A stretch of DNA of 64,000 nucleotides, taken from positions 465,026 to 529,025 of the forward strand of contig CAVUEQ010000001.1 of NCBI GenBank assembly GCA_963740635.1. Direction: 5' to 3'. The notes under the pieces are model-generated. The model saw nothing but the letters and a program-made list of their open reading frames with translations, was not told where the DNA came from and did not search any database. Origin of the DNA: an uncultured bacterium. GTDB lineage: Bacteria > Patescibacteriota > Saccharimonadia > UBA4664. Position 1 is the stretch's first letter. Every line of letters starts with the position of its first letter. Positions 24,345 through 33,513 of this stretch are shown piece by piece. Both the position numbers and the translations under genes were made by a program.

Positions 24345-24737
24345 ATGTATACCTCCTATCAGTGCGGCGCCGAGCGGATGACGCTTCCGGCGACCGTGAA
24401 CGACCTGCCGGACGCGCCGCTAATGCCCGAAGTGGCAGCTTCCAGCCGCGCGCAGGACACGTACCTGGAAGGCCTGCTACCGCCTGAGCTGTACGACCTC
24501 CTGCTAAAGCGGCACGATTGCTTCGCGGGCAATGGCGGGGTTTGCTGCCGGATTCCAATGGTCACGGTGGCCCACCTCGGGGGAACCTCCGTCAGATGGC
24601 TGGCGTCGCATACGCCGGTGTACCTGAGGCATTTCCCGGCGATCACCGCCTGGCTGAATGCCTTTTGGGCCGGGTCAGCGCCACCGCCGGCGGGAGACCT
24701 CCTGCACACCGGGCCCTTGCGGGTCGAGTACTGCTAG
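24345..24737 (+). CDS. hypothetical protein
   Basis: 130 aa. ATG preceded by AAAGGAG at correct spacing. No recognisable motif. Cys-containing. Confidence 0.5.
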   Translation: MYTSYQCGAERMTLPATVNDLPDAPLMPEVAASSRAQDTYLEGLLPPELYDLLLKRHDCFAGNGGVCCRIPMVTVAHLGGTSVRWLASHTPVYLRHFPAITAWLNAFWAGSAPPPAGDLLHTGPLRVEYC

Positions 24738-24750
24738 CCGCACGATTGCG

Positions 24751-24789
24751 CCCGTGAGGAGCGCGCCAGATTGGGCGCCTCTTCACGGG
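24751..24789. terminator. imperfect hairpin between convergent genes
   Basis: CCCGTGAGGAGCGCGCC..GGCGCCTCTTCACGGG. Confidence 0.35.
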
Positions 24790-24791
24790 CG

Positions 24792-25184
24792 TTAGCCTTG
24801 GGCGGACAAGATAGTGAGGTCGAGCAGACGCTCGCGGGGGCCGTCGAGCTCCACGAGGATGATGCGCTGCCATGTGCCCAGGATTAATTTTTGGCTTTGT
24901 ACGGGTAAAACTATGCTGGGTCCAATAATCGACGATAGCAGATGGGCCGGTGTGTGCGTGGGGTTGTGCGGGTGGCGCCATTTGACATTGGGCGTGATGC
25001 CCTCGAGAAAATCCAGGAAATCCAGGTCGGTGCCGGGGTCGAGGTCGGCGGTGGTGACGGCGGCCGTGGTGTGGAGCACCGTGATAACTCCGGCGCCGGT
25101 CGCGCCAGGCGGCAACCGGCGCTCGACCTCATCGGTGATGTCGAGGACTTGGCGCTTGGCGGTGGTGCGCACAGAGAAATTCAT
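24792..25184 (-). CDS. YjbQ/UPF0047 family protein (secondary thiamine-phosphate synthase-like)
   Basis: VLDITDEVERRL..GVITVLHTTAAVTTADLDPG..HNPTHTPAHLLSSIIGPS..GTWQRIILVELDGPRER. Start at MNFSV (ATG 25184). Confidence 0.8.
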   Translation of the reverse strand: MNFSVRTTAKRQVLDITDEVERRLPPGATGAGVITVLHTTAAVTTADLDPGTDLDFLDFLEGITPNVKWRHPHNPTHTPAHLLSSIIGPSIVLPVQSQKLILGTWQRIILVELDGPRERLLDLTILSAQG

Positions 25185-25222
25185 GGTTACTAGTATATGC
25201 TCAGGCCGGTCCCGTGCGAAAT

Positions 25223-25651
25223 TTATTCGACGCAGTACATCGGGCACATCATCAAGGGCTGGGGACCGGGGCCGGGCCAGGGGCCGCAGCCGCCGCAGCG
25301 GTGAGTGGGCGGGTCGGTGGGTTCGGGCTCAGGCGTGATAACGGGTTCAGGTGAGGGCGCGGCAGACGGCCAAGGGGTGGGTTCGGGTGTCGAGGGTGCC
25401 GGCGCAGAATCGTGATGCTTGGACTCATTGGCATCCCGGTCGTTATCTTCGTCAGCGCCTGTGACTGAGACGGAGGGCGTGGGGCTGGGCGAGATAGTGC
25501 TATCCCCCGCCACATCCCCGGCGTTGGATGCGGTGGTGGCGGCCGGGCTGCTGCCCGCGAATACGTGCTTATCAGCCACCGGCCGGTTGGCCAGCAGCAT
25601 TAACCCGATGGCCAGCAGTATGAATCCCAAAATGTACAAGCGGATTTTCAT
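25223..25651 (-). CDS. signal-anchored Pro/Ser/Thr-rich protein with Cys-rich C-terminus
   Basis: MKIRLYILGFILLAIGLMLLA TM anchor, low-complexity P/S/T/E region, terminal HRCGGCGPWPGPGPQPLMMCPMYCVE. Start chosen at ATG 25651. Confidence 0.45.
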   Translation of the reverse strand: MKIRLYILGFILLAIGLMLLANRPVADKHVFAGSSPAATTASNAGDVAGDSTISPSPTPSVSVTGADEDNDRDANESKHHDSAPAPSTPEPTPWPSAAPSPEPVITPEPEPTDPPTHRCGGCGPWPGPGPQPLMMCPMYCVE

Positions 25652-25677
25652 TCCTACGCGCCCCCTTGCCGCGCGGA

Positions 25678-26076
25678 TTAGTGAGCCAAAATGGCCCCGG
25701 CCAGCACGATGCCCACCAGGTGGTAGCCCTGGTCGATGGCGTACAGCTTCATCGAGCCGCCCTGAAACGAGCTGTTGACCAGCGCCGTGGTGGCGGTGAA
25801 ACCGAGCCACAGCTTAAAGCCGAGCAGCGCCCCCATGAACCAGCCGGCCGTGCCGGTGGCTTCCACCAGCCACGCCTCCACGATCACGAGCACCACCATG
25901 GCGATGAAGGTGGTCACCATGGCCTGGGTGGCCATAGTCATCTCGGACCGTTTGCGCTTGATCTCTTCCAGCCAAACGTTCGCGAACAACACGGGCGAAT
26001 ACCAGACTGCGCCAATGCCGAAATACACGACTACGGCCAAAGCGATCCACCAGAGCGAAATACCGAACAGCATCAC
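25678..26076 (-). CDS. DUF1761-family membrane protein
   Basis: Four TM helices. N-terminal ..YFGIGAVWYSPVLFANVWLEEI.. matches the DUF1761 pattern. Confidence 0.65.
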   Translation of the reverse strand: MMLFGISLWWIALAVVVYFGIGAVWYSPVLFANVWLEEIKRKRSEMTMATQAMVTTFIAMVVLVIVEAWLVEATGTAGWFMGALLGFKLWLGFTATTALVNSSFQGGSMKLYAIDQGYHLVGIVLAGAILAH

Positions 26077-26135
26077 ATTATTCCTTATATATAGGGAATG
26101 ATAGTCCTTTTTGCGCGGGGTTCAAGCCTGATGGA

Positions 26136-26738
26136 TTAGACGTTGGCGGTTTGGTCGCGGGCGGCGGCAAGGGTTGCGGCGTACCAGGAGAGGCCCTCGA
26201 ATAACTGGCTCAGGGCAATGTGCGGACCGTATGGCTTGGACGTGACGTCCTGGGACAACCGACCCGCCTCGTCAAACAGCATGGAGGCAAAATTGACCGT
26301 GACCGTGTCGGGGACGTTAATACCGCCCAATTGCCGCACCGCCTCGCGAATCCCGGCGGCCGCGAGCGCGCCACCGGTGCTGCCGTGGCTCACGATGGCG
26401 ACCGGCTTGCGTTCAAATTGCCAGTCGAGGTAGTCGATGGCGTTCTTGAGCACGCCGGGCATGTTCCGGTTGTATTCGGGCGTGACGATGATGTAACCGT
26501 CGGCCTCGTTGAGCTTATCGAGCCATTTTTTAACCACCGGCTTGGAGTCGCGGTGCGGGTTGAACCGGGGGCTGCCGGTCTCATTAAACAAGTCCATCGG
26601 ATAGCCGGCCAGGTCGACCAATTCGACCGCCAGCCCGTCGTGCCCGGCGGCTCCGGCCATCACCCACTTGGCCAGGCGTTCGGTGACGCGGCCCGGCCGG
26701 GTACTCGCGAGTATTACTTGGATTTTCAATTTATTCAC
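26136..26738 (-). CDS. NAD(P)H-dependent FMN reductase family oxidoreductase
   Basis: KIQVILASTRPGR..YIIVTPEYNRNMPGVLKNAIDYL..KPVAIVSHGS. Divergent from an HxlR regulator, a typical pairing. Confidence 0.85.
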   Translation of the reverse strand: MNKLKIQVILASTRPGRVTERLAKWVMAGAAGHDGLAVELVDLAGYPMDLFNETGSPRFNPHRDSKPVVKKWLDKLNEADGYIIVTPEYNRNMPGVLKNAIDYLDWQFERKPVAIVSHGSTGGALAAAGIREAVRQLGGINVPDTVTVNFASMLFDEAGRLSQDVTSKPYGPHIALSQLFEGLSWYAATLAAARDQTANV

Positions 26739-26775
26739 TCCTCCTGTGTGTGATCTACTATAATTAGTATAGTAG

Positions 26776-26803
26776 ATGACTTTAAAAAGTAAAGTTGTAT
26801 AAT
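26776..26803 (+). promoter_or_regulatory. sigma70-like promoter placing +1 on the ATG of the HxlR gene
   Basis: ATGACT-N16-TATAAT. The TATAAT is at 26798-26803, so the predicted +1 is about 26810, the A of the ATG. Confidence 0.4.
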
Positions 26804-26809
26804 GATCCC

Positions 26810-27148
26810 ATGAATTTGAATTCCGATCACAAAGATTGCGGCGTGACGCGCGCGCTGGAAGTGATAGGTGCCAAGTGGACGCTGCTGCTAATTCGCGACC
26901 TGCTGGAGGGCACGCGGCGGTTTAGCGAGCTGGAGGCGTCGCTGGGCGGCATTTCGCCGCGCACGCTGGCGATGCGGCTGAAGGAGCTGGAGCACGACGG
27001 CGTGCTGGAGCGCGATTGCAGCGCCGGCGACGCGCACCCGGTGTACCGGCTGACGGCCAAGGGCCGGTCGCTGTCGGCGATAGTGGACCAGATGCGGGCC
27101 TGGGGCGAGGCCGACGCCCGCACGCAGACGAAGGCGGCGGCGGTTTAG
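26810..27148 (+). CDS. HxlR-family transcriptional regulator
   Basis: CGVTRALEVIGAKWTLLLIRDLLEGTRRFSELEASLGGISPRTLAMRLKELEHDGVLER. Confidence 0.85.
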   Translation: MNLNSDHKDCGVTRALEVIGAKWTLLLIRDLLEGTRRFSELEASLGGISPRTLAMRLKELEHDGVLERDCSAGDAHPVYRLTAKGRSLSAIVDQMRAWGEADARTQTKAAAV

Positions 27149-27945
27149 CCCTTGCGATACGGGTTGGGGGCCGGCTGGTCGTGCGGGCAATAGAAGGTTT
27201 CGCTGCCGCCGAGCTTGCGGGCTGTGAGCTCCACGCCGCAGTGCGGACAGCGCTGATCGGTGCGGCGGTGCGGGATGAGCCAGCCGTCCGGGAAGCGCTC
27301 CGGGTCGGCGCCGAGCTCGATGGCCTGGGCGGTCACGCGCATGAGGGTGTCGTAGAGGGCGCCGAGCTCGTCGTCGCTCAGGCGGTCGAGCTTGGTGTTG
27401 GGGTGGAGCTTGGCTTGCCACAGCACTTCGTCGGCGTATTTGCCGCCGACCCCGGCCAGGATGCGCTGGTCCATGAGCACGTCGCGGGCGCCGCGGCGTT
27501 TGCGGCGCAGAGTGGTCACGAAATAGTCGCGGGTGACGGAGAATTGGTCGGGGCCGAGCTCTTTTTCGGTTTTGAGTTCGTCGAAGTTGCGAACGTAGAT
27601 TTTGCCGAGGTGGCGCTGGTCACTCATAACCAGCCGGCCGGCGCCCTCGAAATCGAGCGTGAGACAGCTGTAGCGCGGAAGTTGGTCGTCCGGGGATTGC
27701 ACATGGAGCTTGCCCGTAAGACCGAGGTGAAATATTAATTGCTCCGGCAAGCCAAGATCGAACATCAGCCACTTGCCGTAGCGCGCAACGTTTTGGATCG
27801 AATTTCCTACTAAATGGCGAGTGAGTGATTCGTTATCCGCGCGCACCACCCGGTAATCGAGCGCCTCAAAGGCCGTGACCGTCTGCCCGGCTAGTTGGTT
27901 GGTGAACTCGGTGCGGTAGACTTCTAATTCGGGAAGCGATGGCAT
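27145..27945 (-). CDS. Fpg/Nei-family DNA glycosylase / AP lyase
   Basis: N-terminal MPSLPELE (the catalytic P2/E3 position), H2TH region, C-terminal zinc finger CPHCG..x..YCPHDQ. Confidence 0.85.
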   Translation of the reverse strand: MPSLPELEVYRTEFTNQLAGQTVTAFEALDYRVVRADNESLTRHLVGNSIQNVARYGKWLMFDLGLPEQLIFHLGLTGKLHVQSPDDQLPRYSCLTLDFEGAGRLVMSDQRHLGKIYVRNFDELKTEKELGPDQFSVTRDYFVTTLRRKRRGARDVLMDQRILAGVGGKYADEVLWQAKLHPNTKLDRLSDDELGALYDTLMRVTAQAIELGADPERFPDGWLIPHRRTDQRCPHCGVELTARKLGGSETFYCPHDQPAPNPYRKG

Positions 27946-28255
27946 AAACTCTCTCCTTTAGCTGATTATAGCTTCCCCGCGGGACGGGGCTTGGTTCAAA
28001 TTGATGTCATAAAATGCGTAACAGATAGACAGTTGGGTTTAGCTTGTCAGAAATAGTCCTTCGCTGGATGGTCGGCGCAATAATTAGGGACGGGTCGCTT
28101 GATAATGACGAAATTTTAGGGGAAAAGGCAGCAAGAACACAAAATTTAGATGTGCCCCGTCCCCTGGGGACGGAGTTTGAGGTCATGTCCTTGGGTATTC
28201 TGAGGGTATACTGTCATTATGTCTTCCCCCCCTCAACGCGGCGCTGCTGGCAGCC

Positions 28256-28672
28256 GTGGGTTTGGGTGGGGCGATGGCCGGGTATCTGCGCACGAGGCCG
28301 GCCCTTATGCTGGCTTGGCTGGGTGTACTCCTGACGGCAATCGTCTCGCTATTGTTCGTGCGGAATTTTTGGTTACTGGTGAGTGCGCAGACCGTGGTGA
28401 TCACCGCCATGGTGACGATCGAGGTCATATTTACCAAATTGCTGCACGACCAACTGACATCGGACGTGCGGGCCGGGGCGGCTTCGGCGGTGTCGACGAT
28501 GGCCCGGATGTTGATGATTCCGCTGGCCTTGGTGTTTGGCCAGCTCAGCCGGAACTTTAGTGTGTTTAACGCCAACTGGCTGATGGTGGGCCTAACGGTA
28601 GTGTTGGTTGGATTAGTCGCAAGCCGTGAAGTCAGAGAATTTGGGCACAAAAATACGCCCGTTCAGGCGTAG
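28256..28672 (+). pseudogene. C-terminal remnant (last ~4 TM helices) of an MFS-type transporter
   Basis: Only about 140-155 aa of hydrophobic helices (..RAGAASAVSTMARMLMIPLALVFGQLS..). The frame is closed by TGA at about 28199. About 300 nt of non-coding sequence lies upstream. Confidence 0.35.
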
Positions 28673-28722
28673 CGGTGGGGCGTGGGGATCCGGGACTGAG
28701 CCCGGATCCCCCGCCGTGTTGG

Positions 28723-29472
28723 TCAAGCGACTGCCTCCTCTGCCTGTTCGGCCGGCCGCAGATCGCCGGCTTCGTAATCGGCAAAGATTCCCAGCCGCTC
28801 GGACACCGGGAGGTTCGCGAGATGAAGTACGTGCGGGTCGGTCACTGTGGGAGAACTTTCTGGTCGCCGGTGATACTGGTCGGGCCGGCCGCCGTAGTAG
28901 AGCGTGTTGAACGTGGCCGGAAGCCAGGTCGTGCCGCCAGAGAATGCGGTGCCACGACCAGGCCGGGCGCCGGTGTAGCTGAGGAGGTCCGAGCCCATGT
29001 GGAAGCCCAGGGCGCGCATGCAGGCGGCTTGATCGGCCCAGGCTTCACCCGGCTGGATGCCGATCTGTTCCATCCGTCTCAAGAACCGGAACGTCGTTGG
29101 GCGGTTTCGCACCACCCAGACGCCGGTATTGGGATTGATGCGGTCGAAGTCCGGGACGACCTGGAACACGAGGCCCTGGAAGTCGCTCTCGCGTACGCAG
29201 TCGGCGATGTCGTCGTCGAAGCGCCGGAAGATCGCGTCGACATCGACCCACAGCACGAGATCAGCGCCTGCCTGGAGCTGGGCGCGCATAAAGCCCAACT
29301 TGGCAAAGCGGGCTTCGCGGGCGACCGAGGGGCCATCCGCATCGAGGTCAGCAACCACAACTCTGTAGCCGTGGCGGCGGGCGTACTCCTGGAACGTGGG
29401 CAGCGTGTAGCTCAGCAATGGGCGCATGTGAGCGCCCACGGCGGTCAGCAACACTTTGTGAAGAGCGGTCAC
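28723..29472 (-). CDS. putative nucleotide-diphospho-sugar (GT-A, DxD) glycosyltransferase
   Basis: ..LVLWVDVDAIF.. is a DxD-like motif within an alpha/beta pattern. Weak resemblance to GT8/GT34-type enzymes. Assignment tentative. Confidence 0.4.
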   Translation of the reverse strand: MTALHKVLLTAVGAHMRPLLSYTLPTFQEYARRHGYRVVVADLDADGPSVAREARFAKLGFMRAQLQAGADLVLWVDVDAIFRRFDDDIADCVRESDFQGLVFQVVPDFDRINPNTGVWVVRNRPTTFRFLRRMEQIGIQPGEAWADQAACMRALGFHMGSDLLSYTGARPGRGTAFSGGTTWLPATFNTLYYGGRPDQYHRRPESSPTVTDPHVLHLANLPVSERLGIFADYEAGDLRPAEQAEEAVA

Positions 29473-29566
29473 GGTGTTCTCCTAACGTCGGGTGGGATGG
29501 TGGCCGCTCAACATAATGAATTATTTGCTTAGCAATGGCAATAGCGGCGCTTATCCGACCGGCGGG

Positions 29567-30337
29567 CTACTTCAGTTCGAACTCGACGGTAAAGGTATAC
29601 GTGACGTCGTTGGTGCCGGGTTGAACGACCGGGCCGGAACTGCCGGCACTGTTGGTGGCGGATGGGACGGCCACGCCCTTTTCGAGCGGGTAAATGATGC
29701 CGCCGGAATTGTCGCTAATCTTGAGCACTTTGCCGACGTGGGCGCCGAGATTGCCGGCCGTGGCTTTGGCTTTGGCGAGGGCGTCCTTGCTGGCGGCGGA
29801 GCGGGCCTGGATGTCGAGTTTGGAGCGGGCGGCGGTGCTAAACGTGGCCTGGGGCGTCACTTGGCCGGTGGCGGTGGTGGTGGCCAGATAATCCGCGACT
29901 TTTTGGGCCAGCGACTGCTCGTGCACCGTCACCGTGAGGCTAAATGTAGACGAGCCGCCGCTGCGAATGGGATAGCCGGCGTTCGGCTCTAGCGGCTCGG
30001 GTCCGCCGGAAGCACTGGATTGCACCGAGGTCTTGATGTCCGCGTCCTTCACGCCGAGCTTCTTGAGGGCCGCGACCGCCTCATTACCGGTGGCGGTGAC
30101 TTTCTTGACGTCAGCATCTTGGAAGTACGGCGAGAATTGGTATTCGTCGGGAGTGGCCTGCACAGTGGCAGTACCCTCGACGGAGATAGTCCGGGTGGAC
30201 GTGGCGGCCCAGGGTTTCCAATAATACAGCATAACGACAATGGCGAGGGCGAGCGCCACCGAAATCACGCGCCAGTCGAGGGCTATATGAAGCTGCGTTT
30301 TCGACCCGGCCGGTGGGGTTGGCGTCGTGTCAGTCAT
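29567..30337 (-). CDS. SIMPL/DUF541 domain protein
   Basis: N-terminal TM anchor, then ISVEGTATVQATPDEYQFSPYF..TFSLTVTVH..YTFTVEFELK, typical of SIMPL. Confidence 0.8.
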   Translation of the reverse strand: MTDTTPTPPAGSKTQLHIALDWRVISVALALAIVVMLYYWKPWAATSTRTISVEGTATVQATPDEYQFSPYFQDADVKKVTATGNEAVAALKKLGVKDADIKTSVQSSASGGPEPLEPNAGYPIRSGGSSTFSLTVTVHEQSLAQKVADYLATTTATGQVTPQATFSTAARSKLDIQARSAASKDALAKAKATAGNLGAHVGKVLKISDNSGGIIYPLEKGVAVPSATNSAGSSGPVVQPGTNDVTYTFTVEFELK

Positions 30338-30358
30338 GCGTTAACGATAGCATAAGTT

Positions 30359-31627
30359 TTACCCAGAGATGGTTGACTTTTTGTGCGTGGACTCGATTGG
30401 GTCCGACGCGGGACGCTCGCGCTGGGCGAGCAATATAAACGGCAGCGCCATTAGTTGGATCACAGCTCCCACCAGGAATGATTGCGAATAACCCCAAACG
30501 TCGGCGACCTTACCGAGTATCGGCTGGATCACGACACCGCCGGAAGAGCCGAGGACGTTGTCAAATGACAAAACGGTGGCTCGCTGCTCCGAGGCGATGA
30601 GGCCGTTCATGTAGGCTTGGCGAACCGGCGCAGTGGCGGCAAACATTAGTCCCCAGAACACTAATAGTACGAGCGCCAGCCAGAAGTTGTGAGTCAGGCC
30701 GACCGCGGTCAGCAAAGCGGCCGTGATGCAGATGCCGGTAGCGGCTACTGTGGTGCGGAGAATGAACAGCTTGCGTATGTAGGGCACCAGGAAGCCACCC
30801 GCGATTTGGGCGCCGCCGACAATCGCCGCCGCCAGACCAGCGATGGCGTAGGCGTGGGTGTTGCCGTAGAGCTGTAGCAGCAGCGGCTGCATGGCATAGA
30901 AGGCATAGAAAACGACGCCGATCGTAAACGGCGCGGCCAGCATCACCCACCGCACCGCCGGATTACGAAATCCCTGATCGGTGGAGGTTTTGAGAATATG
31001 GCGCATTTGACCGAGCGGGGTCTTGCCTTTTTGGGGTGTGAATCCCCAGTCGCGCATCATAAATAAGGCGATGAAGAACGTGATTCCGAGCGCGATGGTC
31101 CGCAGCACGTACGGAACACCCAGGTTTGTGGCCTGGGCGACAATACCACCGCCAATGGAGCCGGCGAGCATGGCCACGCCGCCGATGATCTGGCCCTTCG
31201 CAAACACCGACTCGAGCGCGCCGGTGAAGCCGGTAAAATGCAGGGCGTCAACCAGCCAGGCTTCGGTAGCCCCGGAGAAGAACGTAAAGCCTAGGCCCAA
31301 CAGGGCAGAAGTGAGCGCCCAAACCCAAAACGGTGAATGCGCGTGCCACGCCAAAAGATACAGAAAAGTCGACGTCCCCAAGGTGAGGGTGCCAAGCAGA
31401 TACGAGAGGCGGCGCCCCCACATGTCCGCCACAACCCCGGTGGGCACTTCAAATAAAACCTGCCCGGCGGTGAAAAAGGCGTTGGCGGCAAAGGCCTCGA
31501 GATTGTTGAGGCCGGCATCGAGCAGAAAGAGCGTATTAATACCCCAAATGAAAGAGGCGGCCAGGGTATTAAATAGAGTTAATGTGAGGTAAACCCGCTG
31601 GACACCGGCGGCGGTGGTGTGTTTCAT
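30359..31627 (-). CDS. MFS transporter
   Basis: 12 predicted TM helices. MFS loop motif ADMWGRRLSYLLG. Start tentatively at MKHTT (ATG 31627); the track ORF extends to 31687. Confidence 0.8.
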   Translation of the reverse strand: MKHTTAAGVQRVYLTLTLFNTLAASFIWGINTLFLLDAGLNNLEAFAANAFFTAGQVLFEVPTGVVADMWGRRLSYLLGTLTLGTSTFLYLLAWHAHSPFWVWALTSALLGLGFTFFSGATEAWLVDALHFTGFTGALESVFAKGQIIGGVAMLAGSIGGGIVAQATNLGVPYVLRTIALGITFFIALFMMRDWGFTPQKGKTPLGQMRHILKTSTDQGFRNPAVRWVMLAAPFTIGVVFYAFYAMQPLLLQLYGNTHAYAIAGLAAAIVGGAQIAGGFLVPYIRKLFILRTTVAATGICITAALLTAVGLTHNFWLALVLLVFWGLMFAATAPVRQAYMNGLIASEQRATVLSFDNVLGSSGGVVIQPILGKVADVWGYSQSFLVGAVIQLMALPFILLAQRERPASDPIESTHKKSTISG

Positions 31628-32750
31628 GAGCGGATTATACATCACAAACGCTGTAGTGCTCTTCGCGCTGGTATTTGATTTTACCAACGGGCTTCACGAT
31701 ACCGCCAACGCCATCGCCACGAGCGTGGCTACCCGGGCGGTGCCGCCCAAGGTGGCAGTGGTAGCCGCGGCTATTTTGAACTTTGTCGGGGCGTTTGTTT
31801 CGCTCAAGGTGGCCGCGACGGTCGCCAAAGCCATCGTGGCGCCGGGTGCGATTACCTTGCAGGTGATCTTGGCGGGCATACTCGCGGCCACGGTCTGGAA
31901 CCTCACTACCTGGCGGTTTGGACTGCCCAGCAGCTCCTCGCACGCGCTGATCGGCGGTGTGGCCGGAGCGGCGGTGGCGTCGGCCAGCTGGCCGGTGTTG
32001 ATAGCCGGCGGGCTCACGAATAAAGTCCTGATCCCCTCTCTGCTGGCGCCGGTGATGGGATTATTGGCCGCCGCTACGATCACGCTGGTGGTGGCACGCG
32101 TGACGCGCCGGTTTGCCCAGGAGCAGCTCAACCGCGTGTTTAAGCGCCTGCAACTGGTGTCGGGTTCGGTGGCGGCCTTCACCCACGGCATCAATGATGC
32201 TCAAAAAACCATGGGCATCATTGCGCTGGCACTGCTCGTGGGACACCCCGGCCGGCAATTTCAGGTGCCAATGTGGGTGATCTTCTCGTCGGCCACCGCT
32301 ATCGCGCTCGGCTCATACATTGGCGGCTGGCGGATCGTGAATACTCTAAGCAGCAGGCTGGTTCGCATTGAGCCGCAGCAAGGGTTTTCGGCTGAGTTGT
32401 CCACGACCGTTATTTTGGCCACCACTGCTTCCCTGGGCTTTCCAGTTTCCACGACTTACACCGTGAGCGGCTCAATTATGGGCACGGGCGTTGCCAGCGG
32501 CCTCGAAAAAGTCCGCTGGAAAGTCACGCGCGATATTCTGATAGCTTGGGCCCTGACTATCCCGGCGGTGGCAATGCTTGGTGTGCTTTTTGTGATCCTA
32601 ACCCGCGCGACAGACGGGGTCGGGTGGGCGACGCTGTTGGCGGCCACGGCCGGCCTATCAATTGTGGTCACGCGCCACTGGACATGGGAGAGCACGGCCC
32701 AAGTGCGGGCCCGGCTCAACTTCCTGGAGCGGGTCCGCCGCGCGCGCTAA
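31626..32750 (+). CDS. pit: inorganic phosphate transporter, PiT family
   Basis: Signature FDFTNGLHDTANAIATSV, repeated as AFTHGINDAQKTMGII. About 10 TM helices. Start tentatively ATG 31626. Confidence 0.9.
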   Translation: MSGLYITNAVVLFALVFDFTNGLHDTANAIATSVATRAVPPKVAVVAAAILNFVGAFVSLKVAATVAKAIVAPGAITLQVILAGILAATVWNLTTWRFGLPSSSSHALIGGVAGAAVASASWPVLIAGGLTNKVLIPSLLAPVMGLLAAATITLVVARVTRRFAQEQLNRVFKRLQLVSGSVAAFTHGINDAQKTMGIIALALLVGHPGRQFQVPMWVIFSSATAIALGSYIGGWRIVNTLSSRLVRIEPQQGFSAELSTTVILATTASLGFPVSTTYTVSGSIMGTGVASGLEKVRWKVTRDILIAWALTIPAVAMLGVLFVILTRATDGVGWATLLAATAGLSIVVTRHWTWESTAQVRARLNFLERVRRAR

Positions 32751-32754
32751 GATA

Positions 32755-32943
32755 TTAGACTCTGAGGAAGGTGAACAGGTGGTAAATCAGGAACGCAGGC
32801 CAAACCAGGGCCTCGAACACGCCGAGCACTCCCGCCCAAAATGAGCCGGCGTGGTTAATGAAGTAGACCAGCGCGCCGATGAAGCCCAACCCGTACCCGC
32901 CGCCCATAAAGCCGGCGCTGCCTTTGCCGCCATAATGTGTCAT
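32755..32943 (-). CDS. small Gly-rich membrane protein
   Basis: 62 aa, two hydrophobic helices. GAGGAG Shine-Dalgarno 7 nt upstream of the ATG. Confidence 0.5.
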   Translation of the reverse strand: MTHYGGKGSAGFMGGGYGLGFIGALVYFINHAGSFWAGVLGVFEALVWPAFLIYHLFTFLRV

Positions 32944-33169
32944 GAGACGCTCCTCGTTATGTTTGAATTATGCGCCCTGTCCAACACTTTCGGCAAAAGT
33001 ACTCATGTTGTGCATACTCTCCAAAATGAATGTAATTTCATAATTAGGCTATCTATTGTGCGAGCTATCTGGTATAGTGTTCGTGATCTTGAAGACGGCT
33101 TTGGCTCATTCCGGACCACATAATATTTAGAGGTTCCGGAATAAGTTATCCGCGAACAGTAGGAGTTTC

Positions 33170-33448
33170 ATGCAACAGCAGAACAAATTATTTGTAGGAT
33201 CGTTGTCCTTCAACACCACCAACGAGACGTTGGCCGAGGCGTTTGCCGCCGCCGGCACCGTCGTGTCCGCCAAGGTTATTAAGGACCGCGACTCGGGCCG
33301 CTCCAAGGGCTTCGGCTTTGTGGAGATGAGCTCGGACGAGGAGGCACAAGCTGCCATCCAGATGTTCGCCGGCAAGGAATTGGACGGCCGCACGTTGACC
33401 GTCAACCTGGCCAAGCCCATGACCGAGCGCCCCGCCCGCCGCTACTAA
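33170..33448 (+). CDS. RRM-type RNA-binding protein
   Basis: RNP-2 LFVGSLSF and RNP-1 KGFGFVEM. TAGGAG Shine-Dalgarno. 92 aa. Confidence 0.9.
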   Translation: MQQQNKLFVGSLSFNTTNETLAEAFAAAGTVVSAKVIKDRDSGRSKGFGFVEMSSDEEAQAAIQMFAGKELDGRTLTVNLAKPMTERPARRY

Positions 33449-33477
33449 TAACGGCTACGGTCCGCATAGAAAACAAC

Positions 33478-33502
33478 CCCGCCCAGGCGGGGCTGTTTTT
33501 TG
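33478..33502 (+). terminator. rho-independent terminator
   Basis: CCCCGCC-CA-GGCGGGG followed by CTGTTTTTT. Confidence 0.75.
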
Positions 33503-33513
33503 TGGCGCAGGGT

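Noticed and set aside
29492-29992. 166-aa plus-strand ORF overlapping the SIMPL gene, and similar ORFs 28675..29532(+) and 30020..30355(+).
   Set aside because: Gly/Ala/Arg-rich antisense translations. The opposite strand carries the convincing genes.
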